The position numbers and the translations under genes are program-made. Below, piece after piece: positions 9,605 to 19,096 of a stretch of 64,000 nt of DNA. Source of the stretch: Spirochaetia bacterium (lineage in GTDB: Bacteria; Spirochaetota; Spirochaetia; UBA9216); NCBI GenBank assembly GCA_965140585.1, contig OZ223265.1:128001-192000 (forward strand). The letters run 5' to 3'. The notes under the pieces were generated by a model. It saw only the letters and a program-made list of their open reading frames with translations, was not told where the DNA came from and did no database searches. The number at the start of each line of letters is the position of its first letter. Positions within the stretch are counted from its first letter, which is position 1.

Positions 9605-10041
9605 GAAGAAACTGGTTCTAGCCCTTTCAGCTTCTCAGCATAGCTTTTAAAAAACTTGCCTTCATCAGAATTGCCGTCAGCATGGTCAGAGTTGTCGTTT
9701 TGAAGTATCTTGCAGTTACCGTCAAAAATTACCCCGTCTTCAACAATAAAACGAGGCGTTGAGACATTTCCTATAAGCATACCGGTTGAAAGAATAATAA
9801 CCTTTTCTGTTGCAGTTATATTTCCCTTAAGCACGCCGCCTATAACAATAGTACCGGCATCAATGACGGCTTCCGCCCTGCCGGTTTTTCCTATAAGAAC
9901 CTTGCCATCAGTCTTCACAGTGCCTGAAAAATCTCCGTCGACGCGAAGCAGACCGTTCAGAGACAACTCGCCTTTAAAAACGGTACCCTCCCCTATCAGG
10001 GAATTAATGAATGTTCCTTCTTCCGAAAGATAATTACTCAT
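9592..10041 (-). CDS. Bactofilin (second paralog)
   Basis: SLIGEGTVFKGEL, LRVDGDFSG, GVIFDGNC. Confidence 0.92.
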   Translation of the reverse strand: MSNYLSEEGTFINSLIGEGTVFKGELSLNGLLRVDGDFSGTVKTDGKVLIGKTGRAEAVIDAGTIVIGGVLKGNITATEKVIILSTGMLIGNVSTPRFIVEDGVIFDGNCKILQNDNSDHADGNSDEGKFFKSYAEKLKGLEPVSSWKR

Positions 10042-10079
10042 CTTAGAATCCTTAAATGCAAAAAATCCGGAGTCCGGTT

Positions 10080-11093
10080 CTACCTCTTTCTGACGTTAAG
10101 AAATTTTTCAGGGTCAACAACCTGCGAACCTATCCTTACCTCAAAATGCAGATGAGGTCCGGTTGACAATCCTGTGCTTCCCATAGCTCCAATTACCTGG
10201 CCCTGGGTTACAACATCTCCTTCATTGACGTAAACATCATTAAGATGCGCATATTTCGTCAGAAAGCCGTAATTATGTCTGATAACAATGTAGTTTCCGA
10301 ATCCTAGAGGTTCATACTTTTTTTCTACAATCTTGCCGTTTGCCGCAGCAAGAATAGGCTTTCCAAAGCCGTACCCGATATCAATCCCCTTATGCAGGTA
10401 CCATTGATGGGTAAACGGGTGTTCCGCCGGACCAAAATAATTGGTAATTCTGCCGTCTCCACCTTCAACAGGCCAAAGTGTAGGCATTTCAACCAGAAGA
10501 TCACCCTGAGAGATAATTAAATCTGTAATCTTGCTGAATGACTCTACTGAATCCTGAAGATAAGCGGATAGATTTTTCAGTTCACTGATTTCCCTGATAA
10601 CTCCTGCTTCAGTTTCACTGGCAGAAATAAGGGAGGCAAAATCACCGTCGGCAACACTGGCCTTAAGTTCTTTTTCATTATCAATATTTAGAATATCCAT
10701 AGCCTTATCAAGGGCCACTTCAAAACTTCTGGACGATTTTTTAAGATCGGAAACCTGATCCATCAGAAGGTCTAGATTTGATTCCGCAGAATCAAGATCC
10801 TCGGTACGTTCAGCAAGCTGGTGAACTATTCCGGACATTCTGGTAGTGTATACAAAGAAAGAGGAAATTACACCTACAGTTATTACAAAAATGAATACAA
10901 GTGCAAAAACAGAGATTCTGAAATTTACAACCTTCTTCTCCGAATGAGGAATGAGCATGATGGTAATTTTCTGTTTTCCGCCGTTTAGAAAGCTGTGAAC
11001 TGCGGAAGAAATCGTTACTCCGATCTTCCTGAATATACGTCCAGCATTCTCAACGAACCTGTTTTCGAACTTCTTATAGCGCTCAGCTGACAA
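10080..11093 (-). CDS. Membrane-anchored M23 metallopeptidase
   Basis: TM helix and coiled coil, then HKGID, YAHL and STGPHLHFEV; TTG start after GAGGAG. Confidence 0.92.
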   Translation of the reverse strand: MSAERYKKFENRFVENAGRIFRKIGVTISSAVHSFLNGGKQKITIMLIPHSEKKVVNFRISVFALVFIFVITVGVISSFFVYTTRMSGIVHQLAERTEDLDSAESNLDLLMDQVSDLKKSSRSFEVALDKAMDILNIDNEKELKASVADGDFASLISASETEAGVIREISELKNLSAYLQDSVESFSKITDLIISQGDLLVEMPTLWPVEGGDGRITNYFGPAEHPFTHQWYLHKGIDIGYGFGKPILAAANGKIVEKKYEPLGFGNYIVIRHNYGFLTKYAHLNDVYVNEGDVVTQGQVIGAMGSTGLSTGPHLHFEVRIGSQVVDPEKFLNVRKR

Positions 11094-11174
11094 AACCGTT
11101 CTCCTCTGGGTATTATATTTTAATTTTCGGATACTAGCAAGATAATAAGTATAAAAACATTTATTAAATAAATG

Positions 11175-11203
11175 TTGACGACGAATGGTGAACGTGGTAG
11201 TTT
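11175..11203 (+). promoter_or_regulatory. Putative sigma70 promoter of tatD-dusB
   Basis: TTGACG-17 bp-TAGTTT with extended TG. Confidence 0.5.
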
Positions 11204-11260
11204 TAACTGTATCAATGTAATTATAGACCAAATAAACCACTTTTTTAAATAGGAAATACT

Positions 11261-12034
11261 ATGAAGCTTTTTGATACTCACGCGCATATAGGGCTTATCA
11301 ATGAAGACCCTATCGAGCAGTTAATTATTTGCCAGGAAGCACGTCAATCAGACGTAAAACATATTGTCAGTATCTGTAACAGCCTTGGAGATTTTGATTA
11401 TGTTTATCCCAATCTTGAGACTGCGACACACATATATCACAGTATAGGTGTATCTCCTTCTGAGGTTCAGAACCCGGGCTCTGACTGGGAAATGAAAATA
11501 ATAGAAGGGACCTCACTTCCAAGAGTTGTCGCTGTAGGTGAGATCGGTCTCGATTATTACCGAAAATTCGGAAACAGGGATTCACAGGTTGAACTTTTTA
11601 TTCGCCAGCTGGAACTTGCGGAAAAACTTGATAAACCGGTAATTATCCATAATAGGGAAGCCGGTGAAGATGTACTGAGTATTCTGAGCGAAAAACTCCC
11701 TTCAAGAGGAGGCATACTCCACTGCTACTCTGAAGACTGGAACTACGCACAGAGAGCCCTCGAACTCAACCTGTACATATCTTTCGCAGGAAATGTAACC
11801 TATAGAAATGCAAGAAATCTACATGATACTGCCAGGAACATGCCTCTCGACCGCATGCTAATAGAATCAGAAAGCCCCTTCATGGTTCCTTCTCTCTATC
11901 GCGGCAAAAGAAATAAACCAGCTTATCTGCATGCTACTGCGGAATTTCTTGCTGATTTACGCGGCATGTCTATAGAAGAATTCAGTGATATCATCTATGA
12001 AAATTCAATGAATTTCTTCGGCATCTCCGACTGA
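11261..12034 (+). CDS. tatD: TatD-family hydrolase
   Basis: DTHAH, VGEIGLDY, IIHNREA, LHCYS. Confidence 0.93.
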   Translation: MKLFDTHAHIGLINEDPIEQLIICQEARQSDVKHIVSICNSLGDFDYVYPNLETATHIYHSIGVSPSEVQNPGSDWEMKIIEGTSLPRVVAVGEIGLDYYRKFGNRDSQVELFIRQLELAEKLDKPVIIHNREAGEDVLSILSEKLPSRGGILHCYSEDWNYAQRALELNLYISFAGNVTYRNARNLHDTARNMPLDRMLIESESPFMVPSLYRGKRNKPAYLHATAEFLADLRGMSIEEFSDIIYENSMNFFGISD

Positions 12035-12050
12035 GAGAATAACACTTTCG

Positions 12051-13037
12051 ATGAACAGTTTATATCATGAAATAGAATTGCCCGGAATTACGATTCCGGG
12101 CAATATTTTTTTAGCACCCATTGCCGGGTTTTCAGATGCTCCTTTCCGGAGCGTATCAGTCATGCACGGTGCGGATATGTGCTTTACCGAAATGGTTTCC
12201 TGCGATGGAATCATCCGTGACGGTGAGAAAACCATAGCCTTGATGAAACCGGCTGAAAATGAAAAGTTCCTTGCCATCCAGGTTTTTACCTCTGATCCGA
12301 AAATTGCAAAAGAATCAATGAAGACTGTACTTGAATACAACCCGTCTGTAATTGATTTAAACTGCGGCTGCCCGGTACCTAAAGTAATTAAAAACGGTGC
12401 AGGTTCTGCACTTATGAAAGACCCAGTACGTCTCGGCGAAGTTGTAAAGGCTATGAATGAAGGAATTGCAGAGGCAGGTAAAAATATACCGGTTTCAGTA
12501 AAAATCAGGTCCGGATGGGATTCAGGCAGCCTGAATTTTCTTAAAGCCGCGGAAACCGCAGTAGATTCAGGAGCCTCGATGGTAAGCCTTCACCCGAGGA
12601 CCCGGGTTCAGGGCTATTCAGGAAAGGCCGACTGGACACTGATAAAGGAATTAAAAAAAAACATAACTGTTCCGGTAATCGGATCAGGAGATCTTTTCAG
12701 TTCTGAAGATGCATACAATATGATTTCTTCAACCGCCTGCGACGGCGTAATGTTTTCCAGGGGCTCACTCGGTAACCCCTGGATATTCAGCATGACCAGA
12801 GCACTCCTTAAAACGGGGACAGAATCCCCTCCTCCACAGGAAGATGAAAAAATAAATACAGCACTTAGACATCTTGAACTTGCGGTTCAACTTCACGGAG
12901 AACAGCGAGCATGCAGGGAAATGAAAAAACATCTGTGTTCATACACAAAGGGAACCTCCGGAGCTGCTTCACTGCGTAATAAGATTGTTCATGCCTCATC
13001 TTTTGAAGAATACAAATCAATACTGACTTTAAATTGA
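12051..13037 (+). CDS. dusB: tRNA-dihydrouridine synthase
   Basis: LAPIAG, DLNCGCP, GAGSALM, HPRT. Confidence 0.9.
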   Translation: MNSLYHEIELPGITIPGNIFLAPIAGFSDAPFRSVSVMHGADMCFTEMVSCDGIIRDGEKTIALMKPAENEKFLAIQVFTSDPKIAKESMKTVLEYNPSVIDLNCGCPVPKVIKNGAGSALMKDPVRLGEVVKAMNEGIAEAGKNIPVSVKIRSGWDSGSLNFLKAAETAVDSGASMVSLHPRTRVQGYSGKADWTLIKELKKNITVPVIGSGDLFSSEDAYNMISSTACDGVMFSRGSLGNPWIFSMTRALLKTGTESPPPQEDEKINTALRHLELAVQLHGEQRACREMKKHLCSYTKGTSGAASLRNKIVHASSFEEYKSILTLN

Positions 13038-13108
13038 TAAATGAATCAGGACTGCGGCTTTAAGATGATAATCATAGATTTAATGTCCTGAATTTTCAGG
13101 CCATAGTC

Positions 13109-13137
13109 TTTACAAGGTTTTTCAGTTCTGGTAGCTT
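13109..13137 (+). promoter_or_regulatory. Putative sigma70 promoter of the pur cluster
   Basis: TTTACA-17 bp-TAGCTT with extended TG, ending 5 nt before the purF GTG. Confidence 0.45.
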
Positions 13138-13142
13138 TCATT

Positions 13143-14522
13143 GTGGACGATAAAACTGACAGCCTTGGCCATTTCTGCGGAGTGGCCGGTTTTTACTCAA
13201 AAAAAGCAGTTAACATTCCGGAAATGCTGTTCTACAGTCTCTTCTCGCTTCAACACAGAGGTCAGGAGAGTACCGGTATTTCATATCGAAAAGACGGTCA
13301 TACAGTCACCTATAAGGATCTTGGGATGGTTTCAACCGTTCTATCAAGATACCTTCAGGTTCAGAAGCTGACCACCGCAGGCATAGGACATGTCCGCTAC
13401 TCAACAAGAGGCGGCAACAGGCTCGAAAATGCCCAGCCCATAAACGTTGAATGCAATAAAGGTGAAATAGCGCTTGCACATAATGGAAATATCTCCAATG
13501 CCGCTGATATTCACAAAGCACTGCGTGCAGAGGGCTCAATATTCCAGACAACCAGTGATACCGAGCTTATCCTGCACCTTACTGCAAGAAGCCGGAAAAC
13601 AAACTTCTATGATGCCCTTGTGGAAACACTCGAACAGCTTGAAGGAGCATACAGCATGGTAATGCTGCATAATGACAGCTTCATAGCCGTGCGTGATCCG
13701 AACGGGTTCAGACCTCTTTATATAGGCGAAAAAGATGGACTGATTGCAGTTGCAAGCGAAACCTGTGCATTGGAAACCCTTAACGTAACCGAATACAGAC
13801 AGGTTGAACCCGGCGAGATGATCATCGCAGATGATTCCGGCGTCAGAAGTATTTTTCTGGGTAAAACAGCTCCGAAAAGTCAGTGCATATTCGAACTTAT
13901 TTATTTTGCACGCCCGGATTCAAAAGTTTTTGATGAATCTGTTCATGGAATGCGAAAGAAAATGGGAGCGGCATTGGCAGAATGCGATCCGGTCAAAGGC
14001 GACATTGTAATACCGGTACCCGATTCAGGAAACAACGCTGCCATTGGCTACGCTAAAGCCTCCGGGATCCCCTTTGATCACGGCCTGACAAGAAACCACT
14101 ATGCAGGACGCTCATTTATTATGCCGACAACCGCCCAGCGTGAGCTTGCAGTAAGGATGAAACTTCATCCGATTCGTGAAACCATTAAAGGAAAGAAAAT
14201 AATTCTCATTGACGATTCACTTGTTCGAGGCACAACCAGCAAGATTCTTGTTCAGCTTCTGAAGGAAGCCGGTGCTGCTGAAGTACACCTTAGACTCTCG
14301 TCACCCGAGCTCAAATGGCCATGCTATTTTGGAATCGATATTCCTACACGTGAAGAACTTATCTCAAACAGCATGACTCCCGAGCAGATAGCAGAGCACA
14401 TTGGTGCTGATTCGGTAATGTTCCTTCCAATTGAAAAACTAAAAGAATGCGTAGGCAGCAGCAGTGATTACTGTTATGCATGCTTCTGCGGAGAATATCC
14501 GGTTCAGATACCGGAAAAATAG
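13143..14522 (+). CDS. purF: Amidophosphoribosyltransferase
   Basis: Propeptide then CGV, QHRGQES, GHVRYST, DDSLVRGTT, and Fe-S cysteines (CYACF). Confidence 0.97.
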   Translation: MDDKTDSLGHFCGVAGFYSKKAVNIPEMLFYSLFSLQHRGQESTGISYRKDGHTVTYKDLGMVSTVLSRYLQVQKLTTAGIGHVRYSTRGGNRLENAQPINVECNKGEIALAHNGNISNAADIHKALRAEGSIFQTTSDTELILHLTARSRKTNFYDALVETLEQLEGAYSMVMLHNDSFIAVRDPNGFRPLYIGEKDGLIAVASETCALETLNVTEYRQVEPGEMIIADDSGVRSIFLGKTAPKSQCIFELIYFARPDSKVFDESVHGMRKKMGAALAECDPVKGDIVIPVPDSGNNAAIGYAKASGIPFDHGLTRNHYAGRSFIMPTTAQRELAVRMKLHPIRETIKGKKIILIDDSLVRGTTSKILVQLLKEAGAAEVHLRLSSPELKWPCYFGIDIPTREELISNSMTPEQIAEHIGADSVMFLPIEKLKECVGSSSDYCYACFCGEYPVQIPEK

Positions 14523-14533
14523 GAGATATTAAC

Positions 14534-15496
14534 TTGGGTATCAAATCATATTCTGAAGCCGGCGTAGATATTGAAAAGGGCGACAGGTTCGCCGAATACA
14601 TTTCCGGACTCAAGTCCAGTGCTGTATCCGGAGCAATCGGAGGCTTTGCCGGCGGAATCGAACTTGATATGAGCGGATTTAAGAATCCAGTAATGCTCTC
14701 GTCAACAGACGGCGTAGGCACCAAACTGCTGGTTGCACAGAAACTGAAGAAATTCGATACAATAGGAATCGATCTTACAGCAATGTGCGTGAACGATCTT
14801 GCAGTTTGTGGCGCATGGCCGCTGACCTTTCTGGACTATATAGGCTGCGGAAGCCTTAATGAAGACATTATGAAAGAGGTTATCTCCGGCATCGTTGACG
14901 GCTGCGAGCAGGCTGAATGTATATTAAGCGGCGGCGAAACAGCTGAAATGCCTGACATGTATCAGGGCGATGACTTCGATCTCGCCGGCTTCTGTGTAGG
15001 ACTTGTCGAGAAATCAGAAATGCTTCCCAGAATCAATAAGGTTAAAGCCGGAGACATCATTTACGGACTCCCCTCTTCAGGGATTCATTCAAACGGACTC
15101 TCACTCGCAAGAAAAATAATACCAGATACAGATGAGAAGCTTATGAAACTGCTTCTGGAACCGACGGTTATCTACGTTAAAGCACTCAAGACCATTATTG
15201 GAAGCGGATGCGTTGATGCAGCCGCCCATATTACAGGCGGAGGCTTGACCGGAAACCTGATCAGAGTACTACCTAAAAATGTGAAACCTAAATTCAACTA
15301 CAGCTGGCCGGTTCCGGAAATCTTTGAAGCTATAAGTTCCATCGGAAAGATAGAAGACGCTGAGATGCGGAAAGTTTTCAACATGGGAGTTGGAATTGCA
15401 TTCACTGCAGCTCCGGACTGTGCTGACAAACTGAAAAAAACTGCATCAGAAGCCGGAATTAAGCTTTTGGAAATCGGTAAAATTATAAATGGCTAA
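14534..15496 (+). CDS. purM: AIR synthase
   Basis: YSEAGVDI, TDGVGTK, GGETAEMP, SSGIHSNG; TTG start after AGGAG. Confidence 0.96.
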   Translation: MGIKSYSEAGVDIEKGDRFAEYISGLKSSAVSGAIGGFAGGIELDMSGFKNPVMLSSTDGVGTKLLVAQKLKKFDTIGIDLTAMCVNDLAVCGAWPLTFLDYIGCGSLNEDIMKEVISGIVDGCEQAECILSGGETAEMPDMYQGDDFDLAGFCVGLVEKSEMLPRINKVKAGDIIYGLPSSGIHSNGLSLARKIIPDTDEKLMKLLLEPTVIYVKALKTIIGSGCVDAAAHITGGGLTGNLIRVLPKNVKPKFNYSWPVPEIFEAISSIGKIEDAEMRKVFNMGVGIAFTAAPDCADKLKKTASEAGIKLLEIGKIING

Positions 15497-16049
15497 CCTT
15501 GCAATACTTGCCTCGGGAAACGGCTCAAACTTCGAGGCTATAGCTGAATCACTCGCAGACAGCGACCATAAAACTGTCTGCATGATCTGCGACAGAAAGG
15601 ATGCAGGCGTATTCAAAAGAGCCGAAAGGCTTGGTGTAGAGGGAATCTATATTCCTTATTACAGAAGAAATAGAGAAGCAGCTGAAACAGACATGATTAT
15701 GGAGCTTAAAGAGAGAAAAACCGACCTTATAGCTCTGGCAGGTTTTATGAGGCTTCTTACTCCAGTTCTGATTGACAGCTATCCTGGCCGGATTATCAAT
15801 ATCCACCCTTCACTTCTCCCGAAATATCCCGGGACTCATGGCATTCTTGATAGTTTTGAGTCCGGAGACAGTGAACTCGGGATCACAATTCACCGGGTTG
15901 ACTATGGTCTTGACACTGGCCCCGTAATTGTGCAAAAGTCTTTTAATAGAAGCGGAGAGGAATCATTAGATGAGATCGAGTCAAAGATCCACGAACTCGA
16001 ACACCTCTTCTACCCGGCAGTTCTGCGGGAATTGCTGGACTCTGTATAA
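15489..16049 (+). CDS. purN: GAR formyltransferase
   Basis: SGNGSNF, LAGFMR, INIHPSLLP. Confidence 0.96.
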   Translation: MANLAILASGNGSNFEAIAESLADSDHKTVCMICDRKDAGVFKRAERLGVEGIYIPYYRRNREAAETDMIMELKERKTDLIALAGFMRLLTPVLIDSYPGRIINIHPSLLPKYPGTHGILDSFESGDSELGITIHRVDYGLDTGPVIVQKSFNRSGEESLDEIESKIHELEHLFYPAVLRELLDSV

Positions 16050-16095
16050 AACAAAATAACTAAAATCGGATCGATCGCACCACAGGAGGTTTTTT

Positions 16096-17355
16096 TTGAA
16101 AGTTCTAATTCTTGGATCAGGAGCCAGAGAACACGCAATTACCTGGAAATATTCCAACAGCAAGAGAATTTGCGGACTATTTATAGCTCCGGGAAACGCC
16201 GGTACTAATGAACTTGGAATGAATCTTCCGGATGTTGACCCGGAAAATGCCGAATCGGTAATACAGGCCTGCCGTGAAAATGATATTTCACATGTATTTG
16301 TTGGCCCGGAAGCCCCTCTGGCTGCCGGCATTGTTGACGAACTTGAAAAAGCAGGTATACCCGCTATCGGCCCTCACAAAGCAGCTTCAAAGCTTGAATC
16401 CAGTAAGATCTTTTCAAAGGATTTCATGAAATCCAACAAGATCCCGACTGCAGATGCAAAATCATTCAGTAACAGTGATAAATTCGAAAAATATATTAAA
16501 TCACTCAAGGGTCCTGCTGTTATCAAAAAAGACGGGCTTGCTTCCGGTAAAGGTGTTTTGGTTTCAGCAGATCATGAGGAGCTGATTGCCTTCGGTAAAG
16601 ATGTACTTGTGGGAGATATTCTTCTTGTAGAGGAATGCCTTGAAGGTTATGAGGTCTCAATATTTGCCCTGACTGACGGCAAAAATTACAAACTTCTACC
16701 CGTCTGCGCTGATTTTAAGCGTGCAGGTAACAATGATACCGGCCCCAACACCGGAGGTATGGGTGCTATCTGTCCAGTACCAATCATCAACTCTTCAATG
16801 CTTAAAGATATTGAAGAAAAAATTGTTGTACCAACCTTCAAGGGAATGGAAAAAGAAAAATTAAGCTATAAGGGAGTTCTTTACTTCGGTCTTATGATCA
16901 CTGAAAAGGGTCCCATGCTTCTTGAATATAACGTAAGATTCGGAGATCCTGAAACTCAGGTTCTGCTGCCGCTAATTGACTCAGATTTTGGAAATATTGC
17001 CGACGCCATTCTCAACGGATGGCTTGATGAATACAATATCAGGATTTCAAACAACTCCGCACTTGGAGTGGTTGTTGCCAGCGGCGGTTATCCTGGAGAT
17101 TACGAAACAGGAAAGCAGGTTAACCCTATCCCAAGCTATCCGGAAAAGGATGCACTTGTTTTTCATGCATCAACGACTGAAGATGAAAACGGTAAAGTTC
17201 TAACAGGCGGAGGAAGATGCTTCACATGTGTGGGCATCAGCAGTAACATTATCAAGGCAAATGCCAGGGCATACGAAGCTGTAAAGGGTGTTTCCTTTGA
17301 AGGTTCCTGGTACCGTAAAGACATAGGCAAGAAATTCTTTACCAACGATCAGTAA
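16096..17355 (+). CDS. purD: GAR synthetase
   Basis: GSGAREHA, GPEAPL, GPNTGGMG, EYNVRFGDPE. Confidence 0.97.
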   Translation: MKVLILGSGAREHAITWKYSNSKRICGLFIAPGNAGTNELGMNLPDVDPENAESVIQACRENDISHVFVGPEAPLAAGIVDELEKAGIPAIGPHKAASKLESSKIFSKDFMKSNKIPTADAKSFSNSDKFEKYIKSLKGPAVIKKDGLASGKGVLVSADHEELIAFGKDVLVGDILLVEECLEGYEVSIFALTDGKNYKLLPVCADFKRAGNNDTGPNTGGMGAICPVPIINSSMLKDIEEKIVVPTFKGMEKEKLSYKGVLYFGLMITEKGPMLLEYNVRFGDPETQVLLPLIDSDFGNIADAILNGWLDEYNIRISNNSALGVVVASGGYPGDYETGKQVNPIPSYPEKDALVFHASTTEDENGKVLTGGGRCFTCVGISSNIIKANARAYEAVKGVSFEGSWYRKDIGKKFFTNDQ

Positions 17356-17369
17356 TCAGGAGTTTAGCA

Positions 17370-17768
17370 ATGAAAGATCTTTTATTCATAATAGGTTCAG
17401 AATCAGATAAATCTCAGATTGAACACGGCACTGCACTTGCAGAAGAAAAGGGACTCAGTTACGATTTGGTTGTATACTCTGCCCACAGGAATCTTCCTGA
17501 ACTCACAGCCTTTCTCGAAAAAGAAGAAGAAAATTACAGGGTAATAATAACTGCTGCCGGTCTTTCGGCTGCACTTCCCGGTGTTGTTGCCGCTATGGTA
17601 AAAAAACCTGTAATAGGTATTCCCCTTGTTTCAGGCGAGCTGTCCGGCATCGATGCCCTTCTTTCCATACTCCAGCTGCCCAAGGGAATTCCCTGTGCAA
17701 CAATGGGAATCGGCAAACAGGGAGTTTTAAACTCGGTGCATCTGGCAGAGAGAATGATTAACTGTTAA
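17370..17768 (+). CDS. purE: AIR carboxylase / N5-CAIR mutase family protein
   Basis: GSESD, SAHR, AGLSAALPG, PKGIP. Confidence 0.9.
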   Translation: MKDLLFIIGSESDKSQIEHGTALAEEKGLSYDLVVYSAHRNLPELTAFLEKEEENYRVIITAAGLSAALPGVVAAMVKKPVIGIPLVSGELSGIDALLSILQLPKGIPCATMGIGKQGVLNSVHLAERMINC

Positions 17769-17790
17769 TTTTATTTTGAATGATATCACA

Positions 17791-17833
17791 GGCTGACCGC
17801 ATATAATTTCGGGTCAGCTTTTTTTATTTTTTT
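17791..17833 (+). terminator. Intrinsic terminator of the pur cluster
   Basis: GGCTGACC...GGTCAGCT stem then a long T-tract, between convergent genes. Confidence 0.75.
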
Positions 17834-17851
17834 ACGATAAAAAATATCCGG

Positions 17852-18625
17852 TTAAGCCTGCTGCCTTCGGACCTCATACATAATAATTCCGGCTGCCACT
17901 GAAACATTCAGTGAATCAATATTACCTGAGGCTGGAATACTCACCAGAGCATCACATTTGTCAGCACAGAGTCGTGATATGCCCTTGCCTTCGCTGCCCA
18001 TAACTATAGCAACTCTGCCCTTGAAATCAGTTTTATTGATGCTCTGAGTTGCCATATCCGCACCGTACACCCAAAAGCCGTGTTCTTTGAGGTAATCTAT
18101 AGATCGGGAAAGGTTTGTAACTACACTGACAGGAACATAATTAACCGCTCCGGCCGAAGTTTTCGCAACGGTATCTGTTTCCGAAACTGAACGTCTGGCT
18201 GGAATAACAACAAGATCGGCACTGAACTGATCGGCACTTCTGAGAATAGCACCATAATTATGAGGATCAGTGATACCGTCGAGAATTAAAATCAGTGCAT
18301 TATCTGATGCGATACGGTCAACGACATCTTCAAAAAGCTGCTCAACTCCACCATGCCTGCCGGACTTACCCTCTGAACGGCCCTTTCCAAAGGAAGCAGT
18401 TTCACCGGCAGAGGTGTAAAGTTCAAGTACGACCCCTCTGTTATCTTCACCGAAACGCCTGTTCATATCAGCTGGAGAGAGGTTTTCAACTCTTATTCTA
18501 CTTCCTGCATTATTGATAATATTATTTATTCGGCTGTTTTTTCTAGAAATATAAAGGACGCCTTTGTTTTTTCCTGATCGGACCGCTTCCTCTATCCCAT
18601 GCAGGCCTGTAATAACTCTTTCCAA
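17852..18625 (-). CDS. rlmB: 23S rRNA 2'-O-methyltransferase (SpoU/TrmH family)
   Basis: LDGITDPHNYGAILRSA, MGSEGKG, SLNVSVA. Confidence 0.88.
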   Translation of the reverse strand: MERVITGLHGIEEAVRSGKNKGVLYISRKNSRINNIINNAGSRIRVENLSPADMNRRFGEDNRGVVLELYTSAGETASFGKGRSEGKSGRHGGVEQLFEDVVDRIASDNALILILDGITDPHNYGAILRSADQFSADLVVIPARRSVSETDTVAKTSAGAVNYVPVSVVTNLSRSIDYLKEHGFWVYGADMATQSINKTDFKGRVAIVMGSEGKGISRLCADKCDALVSIPASGNIDSLNVSVAAGIIMYEVRRQQA

Positions 18626-18627
18626 TC

Positions 18628-19050
18628 CTATTCCTCTACAAAGTCTTTCTTCACATCAACCACACCATCAAAGTCGGTATCTTTTTCATATCGCTGGATA
18701 TAAATACCATCAAGATATACCCAGATATCAACCTTGCCGTCATAGTTTGAATCTATTTCTCTCCGGGTCATCTTACCGCCGCTGTAAAAATAGAAATCAT
18801 CCATTTCGCCATCAGAATTGAAATCCATTTCCTCATAAATCTTTTTCTGATTTTCATCATAGCTGACCATATAATCAACAAGCCCGTTATAGTCCCGATC
18901 AATCTTTACTGACGATATTATTCCGGACTCACTTTCAACCCACTTGTCGGTAATACCGTCATTATTAAGGTCATCTTCCATGACAGAGGCGAAGCCGTTG
19001 AACACCGAAAAAAGCAGCATAACTGCAGTAAGAAAAGAAATTGTTTTCAT
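18628..19050 (-). CDS. Exported protein with five DxDxDG-type (Ca-binding-like) repeats
   Basis: Signal peptide; DLNNDG, DRDYNG, DFNSDG, DSNYDG and DTDFDG at about 23-25 aa spacing. Confidence 0.8.
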   Translation of the reverse strand: MKTISFLTAVMLLFSVFNGFASVMEDDLNNDGITDKWVESESGIISSVKIDRDYNGLVDYMVSYDENQKKIYEEMDFNSDGEMDDFYFYSGGKMTRREIDSNYDGKVDIWVYLDGIYIQRYEKDTDFDGVVDVKKDFVEE

Positions 19051-19096
19051 CCTACAATTATCGGCTTATCGGCTTATTATCGTTACTTTGATTGTC

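Noticed and set aside
11094-11240. Long N-terminal extension of the M23 ORF in the track
   Set aside because: AT-rich divergent promoter region; GAGGAG plus TTG at 11093 is the better start
13038-13142. Purine, ZTP or PRPP riboswitch before purF
   Set aside because: No recognisable aptamer consensus, and the predicted promoter lies downstream of the stems
16090-16097. T8 tract before purD as a phase-variable switch
   Set aside because: Lies between the SD and the TTG start; slippage would change only the spacing, not the frame
13143-17768. Incomplete pur cluster (no purC, purL/Q/S, purH, purB, purK)
   Set aside because: Split pur genes are common; the rest may lie outside the window
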